Shown here: positions 38,591 through 50,149 of the stretch, piece by piece
Numbering within the stretch: position 1 is the stretch's first letter
Layout of the letters: the number at the start of each line of letters is the position of its first letter
NCBI RefSeq assembly: GCF_004010195.1
Contig: NC_057719.1
Span: 20,006,480-20,070,479, forward strand
Length of the DNA: 64,000 bases
Direction of reading: 5' to 3'
Origin: Chiloscyllium plagiosum
Taxonomy: Eukaryota
The notes under the pieces: model-generated
What the model saw: only the letters and a program-made list of their open reading frames with translations
Databases searched by the model: none
What the model was told of the DNA's origin: nothing
Program-made: the position numbers and the translations under genes

Positions 38591-38819
38591 TATTCATAGT
38601 GCAGTAACATTACCATCATATTACCATTTCTCCTTTGATTGCAGTTTTATTAACTCATTTGATCAAATTCAAAATCACACATTTGCATGTGCCCACTACT
38701 TATCCACACTTGAACAGGAACGTACAGTTTCAGGATAGAGAAAGGTTTATTCACTTCCCACCAATGCTAAACAAATTCAATAGTTGCATAAACTGAACAT
38801 ATTATGGCAAGTCTCTTAT

Positions 38820-38902
38820 CAACGAAAACAGAAATTGCTGGAAAATCTCAGCATGTCTGGCAGCATCTGTGGAGAGAAATCAGAGTTAATGTTTCGGTTC
38901 AA
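38820..38902 (-). mobile_element. PLE family C terminus fragment
   Basis: CAGAAATTGCTGGAAAATCTCAGCATGTCTGGCAGCATCTGTGGAGAGAAATCAGAGTTAATGTTTCGG. Confidence 0.65.
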
Positions 38903-39255
38903 GTCTCTTGGTTGTTATGATGACATTCTGCGTGACGTTCTCCAATTTGCAACAGTTCTAGACAGCGTACCCTAAACTGTCAAGTTCCTGAGTGAACAGG
39001 CATAAACTGGCTCACATTCTTTATTCATACACCTCTCAGTTTGTGGCAACAAGGTTAATTTAAAAATGAACCCTTCACTTGTGGGGTATCTTCCTCCCAG
39101 ATCCAAATCAACTTGAGTTTTAAAAGTAATCAAGTTAACAAGACTTTTTCGAGGTAACAAAGTATGAGTTTATAAGTTATTAAATGCAAGAAACATTAGT
39201 TACACAACATGCATGCATAGATTATAAATAAGAGATTAGATCGAACAGGATAAAT

Positions 39256-39570
39256 GGACGGCACGGTGGCACAGTGGTTAGCACTGTTGCCTCACAGCAC
39301 CAGAGACCCGGGTTCAATTCCTTCCTCAGGCGACTGACTGCGTGGAGTTTGCACGTTCTCCCCGTGTCTGCGTGGGTTTCCTCCGGGTGCTCCGGTTTCC
39401 TCCCACAGTCCAAAGATGTGCAGGCCAGGTGAATTGGCCATGCTAAATTGCCTGTAGTGTTAGGTAAGGGGTAAATGTAGGGGTATGGGTAGGTTGCGCT
39501 TCGGCGGGGCGGTGTGGACTTGTTGGGCCGAAGGGCCTATTTCCACACTGTAAGTAATCTAATCTAAAAA
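39256..39570 (+). mobile_element. HE1-type V-SINE, full length, well preserved
   Basis: A box TGGCACAGTGG, B box GGTTCAATTCC, core GGTGAATTGGCCATGCTAAATTGCC, LINE-type tail with TAATC repeats. CpGs retained. Confidence 0.92.
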
Positions 39571-39766
39571 AAAATCTTTTGAAAGAAAGGTATATAAACC
39601 TGTTACTGAATTGTTCAAAAACAGGGATAGTTGAATGTTATGGCTGTTGCAATGAAGGTTACTGATAACATTAGAGTTGATGGTTTAACAGTCAATTTTT
39701 AGAACTATTTGGTTTTGTAGGCAGGTTGAAATTCTTTTGGTCTAACTCCTTTCTTTAACTGGTTTG

Positions 39767-40585
39767 TACTAAAAACCAACTGAGTTTGATTTTATTGTTT
39801 TTGCCAACCTTAAACCAATGAGACGATCCAATGTTAGGGGTATAAAAGAAACAGGCATTTTGAAAGTCAGTCAGAGAGACCAACTAGCATCGAGAAAGTA
39901 ACTGCCATTGATAGAGACTGCCATTCAAAGCATGCTCTATCAAAGGTACCTTTTTCATATGAAACATCTCTGCAGTAAAAGACAGAAGATGATCCAGGGA
40001 GATCTTCAGCAAAAAGGAGAAGGGCAACGAAGACAACAGCCGCTATGTGGTTTTGAAATTAAGTTGATGTAATTTTAATATGGATTTTTATTGGACCCAG
40101 TATATTGTTATAGAGTTTGAGGCAGATAACAAGCCTTTAAGAGAATGGGCTGAAAAATGTGTTGCTGGAAAAGCACAGCAGGTCAGGCAGCATCCAAGGA
40201 GCAGGAGAATCGACGTTTTGGGCATAAGCCCTTCTTCAGGAATCCTGAAGGAGGGCTTATGCCCGAAACATCGATTCTCCTGCTCCTTGAATGCTGCCTG
40301 ACCTGCTGCGCTTTTCCAGCAACACATTTTTCAGCTCTGATCTCCAGCATCTGCAGTCCTCAGTTTCTCCTTTAAGAGAATGGGGACTTAGAGTTGTGAA
40401 TGATTATTGTTTAATGTTCACTTTTAGAGTTAAGGAATAAATTATTTTATTTTATTTTATTTTATCTTTAAATCATGGAATTTTGTACTTCTCTGTCACT
40501 CATACCTTAACGGATTACGAGGCAGAGTGAGCTTTTCTAGGTGCTTGGTTTAACTAACAGAAGGGTTCACTGCTGTGATGTAACA
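39767..40585 (+). repeat. 5' LTR (left end not matching the 3' LTR; contains a PLE fold-back insert)
   Basis: Aligns to 46242-46798 from TACTAAAA.CCAACTGAGTTTGA onward. Ends in TGTAACA. TATAAAA at ~39841. Confidence 0.85.
40150..40368. mobile_element. PLE family A fold-back insertion in the 5' LTR, 16-bp TSD
   Basis: CCTTTAAGAGAATGGG at 40134-40149 and 40369-40384. The insert is absent from the 3' LTR. Slightly mutated hammerhead cores on both strands. Confidence 0.92.
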
Positions 40586-40588
40586 GTT

Positions 40589-40604
40589 TGGGGCCTCTGG
40601 TCCG
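40589..40604 (+). other. Primer-binding site, tRNA-Pro-like (degenerate)
   Basis: TGGGGCCTCTGGTCCG lies just after the LTR end, compared with the tRNA-Pro PBS TGGGGGCTCGTCCG. Confidence 0.55.
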
Positions 40605-40789
40605 TTATTTGGACAGGTATGAACAGATCCAGTCTGAGATTAGGACAGATTTGAACAGATTTGGGGTACAAAAGATCCCAACCTATTTAAACACCTGTCG
40701 ATTAGTGACCGAGATGTTTAAATAAAACATAGGTGAGACAATTTGTTTAATTTCGGTTACTTGTGCTTGGTTAAATTAAAATAAGACAA

Positions 40790-42300
40790 ATGGCTCTTAA
40801 GACTGCGAAAGAGATTTTGGGGTTTGAAGATGCTTCCTAATTTTGCCAAAAAAGTTTAGAAAGACAGAAGAAGGTCATACTTTTAGAATTGGCAAATAAG
40901 TTGGAATTGGGTTTAACCGGGGACAAGAGGAAAGTTGAAATTTTAAAGGAGTTAGTCAAACACTTAGGTGTGTCAGAGAAACAGACGTGTGCAGTCGAGT
41001 TTTAGATTAGATTAGATTAGATTAGATTAGATTAGATTAGATTAGATTAGATTAGATTACTTACAGTGTGGAAACAGGCCCTTCGGCCCAACAAGTCCAC
41101 ACCGCCCCGTCGAAGCGCAACCCACCCATAACCCTACATTTAACCCTTACCTAACACTACGGGCAATTTAGCATGGCCAATTCACCTGACCTGCACATCT
41201 TTGGACTGTGGGAGGAAACCGGAGCACCTGGAGGAAACCCACGCAGACAAAACGCAGTTAGAAAAACTTAAATTACAATTGAGGCAAATGAAGTTAGAAG
41301 AGAAAGAATAGGAGACAAGTTTCTTCACTGTACAAAGAGAGAGACAAGAAAGAGAAGAACGAGAAAGGGAGAGACAATTTGAACTTTAGAAGTTGCAAAT
41401 TAGTCAGGAAAATCAAGTTAACAGGATGGAGATGAAAAGAGAAGGTAATGATATATATAAATATGTTAAAACACTGCCACATTTTATGAGAAAGATGTTG
41501 AAGCCTTCTTTATTTCATTTGAAAAATTGGCTAGGCAGATGGAGTGGCCAGAGAACTTGTGCATAATGCTAGTTCAGACTGAGCTGATAGGCAGAGCTAG
41601 TGAGGTATTCTCAGTGCTATCAGATGAGGGGTAAAAAGGTTATGCAGATGTCAAACAGGCTATTTTGAGTGCTTATGAATTGGAACAGAAGTGTATAGAC
41701 AACGGTACATAAAGGAGGAACCAGGTCAGACTTATGTTGAGTTCAAAAGAATTAAACATAGTAATTTTGATAGATGGGTGTGGGCCTTAAAAATAGATAG
41801 GATCTATGAGTTTCTAAGAGAAATTATTCTGCTGGAAGAGTTTAAAATCTCACTTCCAGAGATGATAAGAATTCATGTGGAAAAACAGAAAGTTCAGGAA
41901 GTGAGAAGAGCAGCAGAGATGGCAGATGAATATGCTTTGGTGCATATGGCAAAATTTAGCTTCCAGTAAGAATTTCATCCTGCGAGGGATAGAAATTGGG
42001 AGAAGGGGAGATCCTACACTACGAAATAAAGATCAGAGCACACTGGTAATTGTTTACCACAAGTTAAAGAATAAGCCCAAGAAGGTGAAAGCAAGGTGAA
42101 AGGCCTCAGGTATTTCCACTGTGTTAAAGTGGAACGCACAAAGTCACCGTGTTGGTTTTTAAAGAAAGGCACTGGAAAAAGGTGTTTTCACTGTCAGAAA
42201 GCAGGACACATAAAGTCACAGTGCTGGTCATTAAAGAAAGACACTGTGAGAAAAGATGTGTTAATAGAGGCTAAGCCAGTGGCATTAGTGAAAGTAGTAA
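40790..42300 (+). pseudogene. Gypsy gag remnant with SCAN-like segment and two zinc knuckles
   Basis: ATG at 40790. EKDVEAFFISFEKLA..MEWP; LREIILLEEFKISLP...RIHV..QK...VRRAAEMADEY; CFHCQKAGHIKSQC preceded by a decayed copy. Confidence 0.8.
41002..41249 (-). mobile_element. 5'-truncated HE1 SINE inside gag, with expanded (TTAGA)n tail
   Basis: About 11 TTAGA units at 41002-41060, then the reverse HE1 body. Confidence 0.9.
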
Positions 42301-43099
42301 AGGAAACCCTAAGAAAAGTTGAGGAGCTGCTGGAGAGTGCACAGCCTTGGCAGAGGCTGGGTTTGGACTTAGTGCGTGATCTCTGTAAAGACTTTGCCTC
42401 TGTGGGTAAAGTTTACTCAGAAAGAACAGGGGGAGAAGTTATAATTTTGAAAGGTACTGATCTAATCTGTCTCCAACAGTAAGAGATGAACATTTTGCAC
42501 TCTTTCTGACCTGTTACCTGAAAGAATAGTAATTTGTAGGATAGATAGACAGAAATTTAACATTCCACTGTGTAAGATCAGGTTGAAGAGCCAAATCAAG
42601 ACTGGGGAAGTAACTGTGGGAGTTATTGACAGAGTGCTGTTCTAGGAAGATAGTTTGTTCTTGTGAATGATTTAGCAGGATCTAAGATGGGAGTGACACC
42701 CCTTGTTGTGGAGAAACCAAAGAAAGATCAGGGAACTGAGGAGTTCAAAGAAATATACCCCTGATTTTTCCAGACTGTGTAGTAACAAGATCCCACTATT
42801 AAAAGTAACAGCATGAAGCAAAAACGAAAGAGAAAGACGCAGGGGTTGAGGTTCAGTTAGCCGACACCCTGTTTGATGTAATGGTGCAAGAAAATCCTGA
42901 ACAGGCAGAGGGTCAGGCGGAAGTGTTTAGTCCTGAAAGGTTAATGGAGTTACAACAGAAAGACGAGACAATATAAGATATATATATTGATGCATTATCA
43001 GAAATGGAGTGAGAATGTATTCCTAAGGGTTATTATCTTACAGATAGAATTTTAAGATGAAAATAGAGACACGGTGGGTTAGTGCTGAGGAGAAATGGG

Positions 43100-44150
43100 C
43101 AGAAGTGCACCAGATTGTGTTGCCGCTGGAATACAAACAGGAATTGTTATAGTTAGCACATGAATTACCAGTAAGAGGTCACCTAGGTGTGAGGAAGACT
43201 CAGGCCAAGGTACAAAAGCATTTTTATTGGCCTGGAATACACAAGGATGTGGTTAGCTTTTGCCGTACATGTTAAGCATGCCAAATGATAGGTAAGCCAC
43301 AGGCTAATTCCTGCATTCAAAGAATGTTTCACATGAATTATAATTGATTGTGTAGGTCCCTTCCCTAAAAATAGAAGTGGGAACCAATACTTGATAACCA
43401 TAATGGATGTGTTTATCAGATTTCCAGAGGCAATTCCATTACGGAGTATTAAGGCAAAAAGGGTGGTGGAGGAGTTAGTAGCTTTCTTCACACAGTATGG
43501 GCTACCTGGAGAGATTCAATCAGACTAAGGGTCTAACCTTACTGCTAAACTGTTCAAGGAAGTCATGGATAGCTTAGACATACAGCACTTTAAATCAAGT
43601 ACATATCATTCTGATTCCCAGGGAGCTTTAGAAAGGTGGTATCAGACCCTGAAGACCATGCTAAGAGTGTACTGTCAGGATTACCCGAATGATTGGAATA
43701 AATGTATCCCATTCATTTTGTTTGCCGTTCGAGATGTCCCAAACTAATCTACTCAGTTTACTCTCTTTGAGTTAATACTCAGACATAAAGTGAGAGGGCC
43801 TTTGAAATTAATTAAAGAGAAATTGACAGGACCGAAGTTGGAGATCTCACACTTGGATTATGTATTAGAGCTGAGGGAGAGATTAAATCAAGTAGGTGAG
43901 TTAGCTAAACAGCACCTGAAGAGGGCACAGCATAAATTGAAGCAGGGGGAAGATAAAAACTTTAAAATTTGGACATTTTCCATGGGAATGACATATTAGT
44001 ATTGTTACCTATGGTAGGTGATTTCCTTCAAAACCAGGTTTAATGATCCCTATCAAATTGAGAAAAAGTTAAGTCAGGTAAACTATCTGGTAAAGATGCC
44101 GGACAGGAAAAAACTGTGTCGGGTATGTCATGTGAACATGTAGAAACCTT
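43100..44150 (+). pseudogene. Gypsy integrase remnant
   Basis: HHCC: LAHELPVRGHLGVRKT...FYWPG...CRTC..CQ. Core: IDCVGPFPK...RFPEAIPL...IQSD and YHSDSQGALER. GPY/F-like FNDPYQI. Confidence 0.9.
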
Positions 44151-44299
44151 AATACAATAAAGAGAGGGAACTGGAGAAACAGGTATTAATTACTGCCCCA
44201 CAGAGTGAGGAATCAAATCCAGATGTTGTGGAGTTTGATGTACTTCAATATATGTTAAAAGGTTTGTTATAGCAGTATGAAGACATATGCAGAAATAAG

Positions 44300-45845
44300 A
44301 TGGGGAGGGCTAATGCTATTGTGCATGAGGTAGAAGTAGGGAATGCTGTTCTGTAAAACAACACTCCTACAGGCTTAATGCTTTCAAAGCCACCCAGGTC
44401 CAGAAGGAAGTGGATGCAATGCTCAACGAAGATATCATTGAACTGATTCAGAGCGAAAGAAGTTTGCCAATCGTGTTAGTTCCCAAACCTGATTGGTCTC
44501 AACAATTTTGTGTGGACTATTGGAATGGCAATGCCATAACAAAAACAGACTCCAAGATTGAAGGACTGTATAGAGAAAGTTGGACAAGCCAGATACCTCA
44601 CAAAGTTGGACTTCCTGCGTGGCTATTGGCAGGTATCTTTATCAGAGAAAGAGAAAGAAGTTTCTGCATTTGTAACCCCAAATGGGCTAAATAAATTCAA
44701 AGTGATGCCTTTTGGAATGGAGAATGCACTAGCCACATTCCAAAAACTCATGAACAGATTTGTGGCTGGGTTAACAAACTATCTGGATGATTAGATTAGA
44801 TTCCCTACAGTGTGGAAACAGGCCGTTCGGCCCAACCAGTCCACACCGACCCTCCGAAGAGTAAACCACCCAGACCCATTTTCCTCTGACTAATGCTATG
44901 GCTAACACTATGGCCAATTTAGCATGGCCAATTCACCTTACCTTCACATCTTTGAACTGTGGGAGGAAACCCACGCAGACACGGGGAGAATGTGCAAACA
45001 CAGACAGTCACCCGAGGCTGGAATCGAACCTGGGATCCTGAGGCAGCAGTGCTAACCACTGAGCCACCGTGCCGCCCTAATGATGATGGAGTGATCTTCA
45101 GTGAGTCATAGAAAGATCACACGGTGCAGTTGGCAGAACTCTTTTAACAATTAAGAAAAGCAAAACTGGTAATAACCTTAAGGAAAACAGAATTCGCGAA
45201 GGCAGAGGTGATGTTCTTGGGACATAACATCGGTCAAGGAAGGTTGACCCCAAGGAACTCCAGGACGAAGGCCATTGAGGAAGTTCCACACCCATTCTCA
45301 AAGAAAGAGGTACTTCAATTTTTGGAACTAAGTGGTTTCTCCCCAATGTTTGTTCCAAATATCAGCAGCACAGTGGCATCGCTAAACAATTTACTGAAGA
45401 ACACAAAATTCAGTGGACAGAACAATGCCAGCAGCATTTGACAAGTTAAATGCAGTATTAACCATTGTATTAGTTTTAACTACACCAATCAATGCTCGCA
45501 ATATAGGAGTTGGAACTGTTCTGCTACAGAAAGATGATGATGGGATTGAACAGCCAATTGGCTACTTTTCAAAGAAACTCAACACCTACTAGAGAAAATA
45601 CTCTACCATCAAAAAGGAATTATTGAGTTTGGTACCGGCCTTACAATATTTAAGTGTTTGTGTGACGAACAATGTGCCGGAGACAGTTGTGTGCACAAAC
45701 TACAATCCTCTTACACTCTTGAAATGATTTAAAGACAAGAATATGAGACTATTTCATTGGAGTCTTATGTTACAGACTTTTAATTTATAAATAGTACATG
45801 TTGCGGGTCACAAAAGTATGATAGCAAATGCGCTATTGTGGATTT
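44300..45845 (+). pseudogene. Gypsy RT and RNase H remnant
   Basis: PIVLVPKPD..QFCVDY; TKLDFLRGYWQV...AFVTP.GL..FKVMPFGM.NA.ATFQ.LMN; YLDD; FLGH; GVGTVLLQ...PIGYFSKKLN...YSTIKKELL. Confidence 0.9.
44791..45077 (-). mobile_element. HE1 SINE inserted directly at the RT YLDD motif
   Basis: TATCTGGATGA|TTAGATTAGATTCC...GCCGCCC, after which the RT resumes (GVIFS...KDH). Confidence 0.9.
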
Positions 45846-46008
45846 AAAGGATAAAGTATAGATAAGATTGAACAGATACCAATGTTATATTTATGTGTGC
45901 TGAAATCAATATGAACTTAGATTATTGTTTTACGTATTTTATTGTGATGGGGTTAAGACTTAGAAAAAAAATGAAGCCATCCTTTCATTATGATGGTTCA
46001 TTTTTTCC

Positions 46009-46023
46009 GGAAGGAGAGGGAGG
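46009..46023 (+). other. Polypurine tract
   Basis: GGAAGGAGAGGGAGG immediately before the TGTTG start of the 3' LTR. Confidence 0.85.
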
Positions 46024-46798
46024 TGTTGTGAAGTTGAAGGTGTGTACTGTAACTTTGAGAGAGTGAATGCTGTTTTGCACTGAGAGCTTCTAAGTACCTA
46101 TCATATGACTAGCTAGCAGTCTCCAACTGCACTGGAAAATTGAAATTATGTAACATTTGGCTGTGAAATAGATAACTTGAGTTGGTTGCTATTTTGACAA
46201 CAATTCAAATTTAAACAATCAGTTTAGATTATGCCCCAGCATACTAAAACCCAACTGAGTTTGAACCTCAACCTATGAGACGATCTGATATTTGACATAT
46301 TAAAAAAAAAGCACTTTGAAAGTCAGACAGAGAGACCAACTACCATCGAGAAAGTAACTACCATTGAGAGAGACTGCCCTTCAAAACACGCTCTTTCAAA
46401 GGTACCCTTTTCATATGAAACATCTTTGCAGTAAAAAACAGAAGATGATCCAGGGAAATCTTTAGCTAAAAGAAGAAGGACTCCAGAGAAGACAGCCACT
46501 GTGTGGTTTTGAAATTAAGTTGATGTAATTTTAATATGTATTTTAATTGGAACAGTATATTGTTATAGAGTTGGAGGCAGATAACAAACAGTTATGAGAA
46601 ATGGGGGATTAGAGTTGTGAATGGTTGTTGTTTAATGTTCACTTTTAGAGTTAAAGGATAAACTGATATTATTTTTTTCTTTAATTAGTGTAATTTAGAA
46701 CTTCTCTATCACTCATACTTTAACAGATTATGAGGCGAAGTGATCTTTTCTGGGTGTTTGGTTTAATTAGCAGAAGGGTTTACTGCCATGTTGTAACC
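46024..46798 (+). repeat. 3' LTR
   Basis: Starts with TG after the PPT and ends in TTGTAAC(C). Homologous to 39767-40585 over its right ~550 bp. Confidence 0.88.
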
Positions 46799-47819
46799 AT
46801 AGATACATACAATCACTTAGTCCCACTACTATACTACAGTAAAGTTGAAACGGGCTTTCTAACACTCTGTCCCCCATGTGTTCTTCAAATGGAAAAGCAG
46901 AAAATATGTCAGTAATTTTTGGTGTAATCCACAGGAGAATGCTTTGTGTTGATCAGAGGGTTGTCACTCCATGTGATTGTTCTCACCATGAGCGATTACA
47001 GTCCAGTTTATTTGATACTTCAGGTGTTCCTGTCACCAGGTCACCCTTTATTTACACATGGAGAGTTCTTGACACTGATCTAGCTCCCTCAGAGCCAGCT
47101 CTCAGAGTGAACAGAACCTCTGACACTCCTATTTATATCTGTCAGCCAGGGCTCCCTAATTAGACAGATCAACAGCTCAAATCAGGAAACTCATATTCTG
47201 AGATCCACCTGTCTGACCTTGTTACAATCACTAGACTGCCAGTATCTTTAAAAAAAGCACTTTTTAGAAAACAAATTACATTTAGAATTACATATTAAAA
47301 ATGCCCTCTGTACTTTGAGTTTCTGATCTGTAGTCTTTGCAACATCAAGGGAAATAATTGTCTAAGACGTTTCTTGAATTGGAAGTTAAACCAGGATGCT
47401 TGGACTGGAAAGTACAATTGAGAAACATTTACAATAGAAACCCAAATCAAAATTGAATCATTGATATGCAATGATATGTTTCAGTGGAACAATACATCAT
47501 CCTTCATGCAGAGATGAATATTTTAGAATAAAGCTAATTGGTGCACTATAAATCACAAGTGCCAATTCTGAATATTTTCAAAATGTCTTCTGAACCTTAA
47601 TATTAAATTATAGGCTTGAAGTAACTTCATAGCGTTTTTTTATATCAGGCATGATTCAGGAATAAAACCATTCAACTGTACAACTCACAGATTTCTTGAA
47701 AAGAAAAGAGCAGCTCTACTTTAGTTTTCCATTGCAATCAGAGTGAATGTGTCCTTTGATATAATCTGCTAATTCATCTACATTGTCAGATTTGGATAAC
47801 ACTGAAAAAATAACTCAGC

Positions 47820-48090
47820 AAAGATGGGTTTCACTGTCTGGGCCAGCATTTATTGCCCATCCCTATTCGCCCTTGAGAAGGTGATGGTGACCTACTTTCC
47901 TGAACTGCTGCTGTCCAACTGGTGTAGGTAAACCTACTACACTGTTAGGAAGGGCACTCCTCACTCAATGACTATGAAGATTTGGCAATATATTTCCAAG
48001 TCAGGATGGTGAATGACTTAAAGAGAAACTTTCAGGTGTTGGTGTACATATGTATCCTCATTGCTTATTGTTCTAGATCATGGTGATCAT
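47820..48090 (-). mobile_element. 3' end of a CR1/L2-group LINE (tail shared with the second SINE family)
   Basis: GGCCAGCATTTATTGCCCATCCC is the reverse of the SINE tail. The upstream part matches LINE 3' sequence at 50670-50730. Confidence 0.65.
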
Positions 48091-50149
48091 GGGAACTTAC
48101 TTTTAAACACAAGAAACAAGCTTCTGAAAGGGTAATGTGGCCTAAAATCTGTGGCATGCAAGATGTTCAAATATGTTTGATGTTCGAGCAAAAATCACAG
48201 CTTTCTTTTCATACACAAATAATTTTAGGGCATGCCTTAAAATGCAGCAGAGTGAATATCAGTTCGGTTTTTGGCACTTACTGCAAGATTATTTAGAAGT
48301 ATTAGTCTTTTCCTCATTTTAATTCAGGCTTAAATGGAACTAGGATGAAATCTTCCTTTTAAAATCTTAGATTAGAGTTTTTGAAGTATAAAAGCAATCT
48401 TCTGTTCTTTCCTCAAATACGAGTAGCAAACTACAGAGAGTTATTTCTTTATTACCATTGAAGAATTCTCACTGGCCTTCAAACAGCTAAAAGCCAACCT
48501 CTGTGTATGCATTGAAGGATATTTGTAATGAGCACTTCCCTGCTTGAAGGTGATGTGAATGGGCAGCGTAAATTGGTTCTGCCAACTCGAGCAGTTCTCA
48601 AACTCATATAAGTGTAAAGCTGATGAATTCGGTCTAACCGCACCATTAGTTTAATGCAGAGGATGATACTATATATAAACTGAGTAGAAGTTGTCCCAAA
48701 AAGAATATCTGAAAATGCAAAGCTTTGAAACAAGTCATTGGAAAAAGTAGCAAACTGTGTTCGGAAATTGACATTTTAATATGAAAGCTGAGGATTAGAA
48801 TAAAGAAAAGCACATCATCCACGTAGGCCTTTGCTGATCAGTAAGACTCAGGTCCAAAATAGGCAGCTTGCTTAAACCATCGAAGAAACTCCATTTTGCT
48901 TTCAAATGTGGAGGACCTTTTTTTTCACTACCAGTGAAAGATCTCTTTTTTTTTGCCTTTAAATATAGTATTGATGTAAGAATAACTATCTTAAGGCAAT
49001 AATAGGGAGGAACATGAAACACTGAATCATAAGCAAAACTGGGGCCAATTGAAGGAAATTTTTTAAAAAACTTGTCCAAAAGTTCAAGTCATGTCTAACC
49101 AAAAAGCAGAGGATATTGTTGAATAAAAATCATCAAAGCCTCGAGTTTTTGAAATCCATCAGGGGAGCATCCCTGACCCACACAGTTTAGGATGCTTTAA
49201 AAAGAAATTCCCTCTGTTATAATGGCTGACAAAGTGCTTTTTCCTGAAGGTTTCAGCTCCTTTTGAAACCAAGTCAGACTAAAACGTCTACAGTGGACAT
49301 TGGATTCACACCAATGCTGGGTAATGTCATTCCTATAAGCAGAAATAAACAATGTGATCATTATGATTGGGCATGGGTGAGGTATGCTCTAACAAATGAT
49401 TCACCTCCTTATGAAGTAAAATCCCTGCTTAATGTAAAAGCTTATGTCGGAGGTAAGTCGGAATGTTCCCCATTGTCTGAATGCGTGCAGGCAGGAAACA
49501 AGGGATGTCAATTCATTCCAGCTATTCTGTAGATGGTATTGTGCCATGTCGTTGTGCTTAGAGACAGAAACTTTCAAACAGCAACTTTAACTATCAAGAA
49601 CAATGGTATGCTTTAGGAACAGCATATGCACAAGTTCTGTTTCAAAGTTATACCTTGGATATATTGTTATGTCTTCATCACCATAAAGTCAAAAGTCTTA
49701 GGAGATCATATTTTGATCTTATTGTAGCATTATTACAATGTTCTTACATTAGAGAGACCGCAATGGTTCAAGGAACAAGACCAGCCATCACCACCTACCT
49801 CAACAACTTAGCATTGGAATATCATTAAGACCTTGCTAACTAACATGAAAAAAAGGTTTATTTTCCTAACTAATTAAAACAAAAAACATTTGCTTAAATA
49901 TCTAATACTCAATTAAACAAACAACTTCTATATCCCTCTGCTTATTCTATTTCAAATATTGGGCAATGATAGTATATTAAACTCCACCTTCTATGATGAA
50001 TAGTAAGGAATTCACACATTAAATTGTTTTATCAATAAGCTTTTCCTTATTATGAGATCAAAATGAGAAATTTCACTGTTTGCAGAGTGTTTAGTTCCAT
50101 TCACATTTCCACAGATTGAAACAGTTCATGCCTGTATTCAGTGAGATCT

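Larger units (their letters stand above)
39767..46798 (+). mobile_element. Decayed Gmr1-like Ty3/Gypsy LTR retrotransposon (gag-PR-INT-RT-RH)
   Basis: Paired LTRs, PBS, gag with zinc knuckles, integrase upstream of RT/RNase H, and PPT. Multiple stops and frameshifts. Confidence 0.92.

Noticed and set aside
39256..39330. tRNA gene
   Set aside because: The A/B boxes belong to the tRNA-derived head of an HE1 SINE, and the SINE body follows directly.
41002..41060. Interstitial telomeric repeat or CRISPR-like array
   Set aside because: The unit is TTAGA, the HE1 tail repeat. There are no spacers and the DNA is vertebrate.
46950..47235. Additional small solo LTR
   Set aside because: It looks repeat-like, but termini and TSD could not be defined.
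49255..49460. Possible + strand exon ending in a GAG|GTAAGT donor
   Set aside because: The peptide is not recognisable and there are no partner exons. An isolated donor match is expected by chance.
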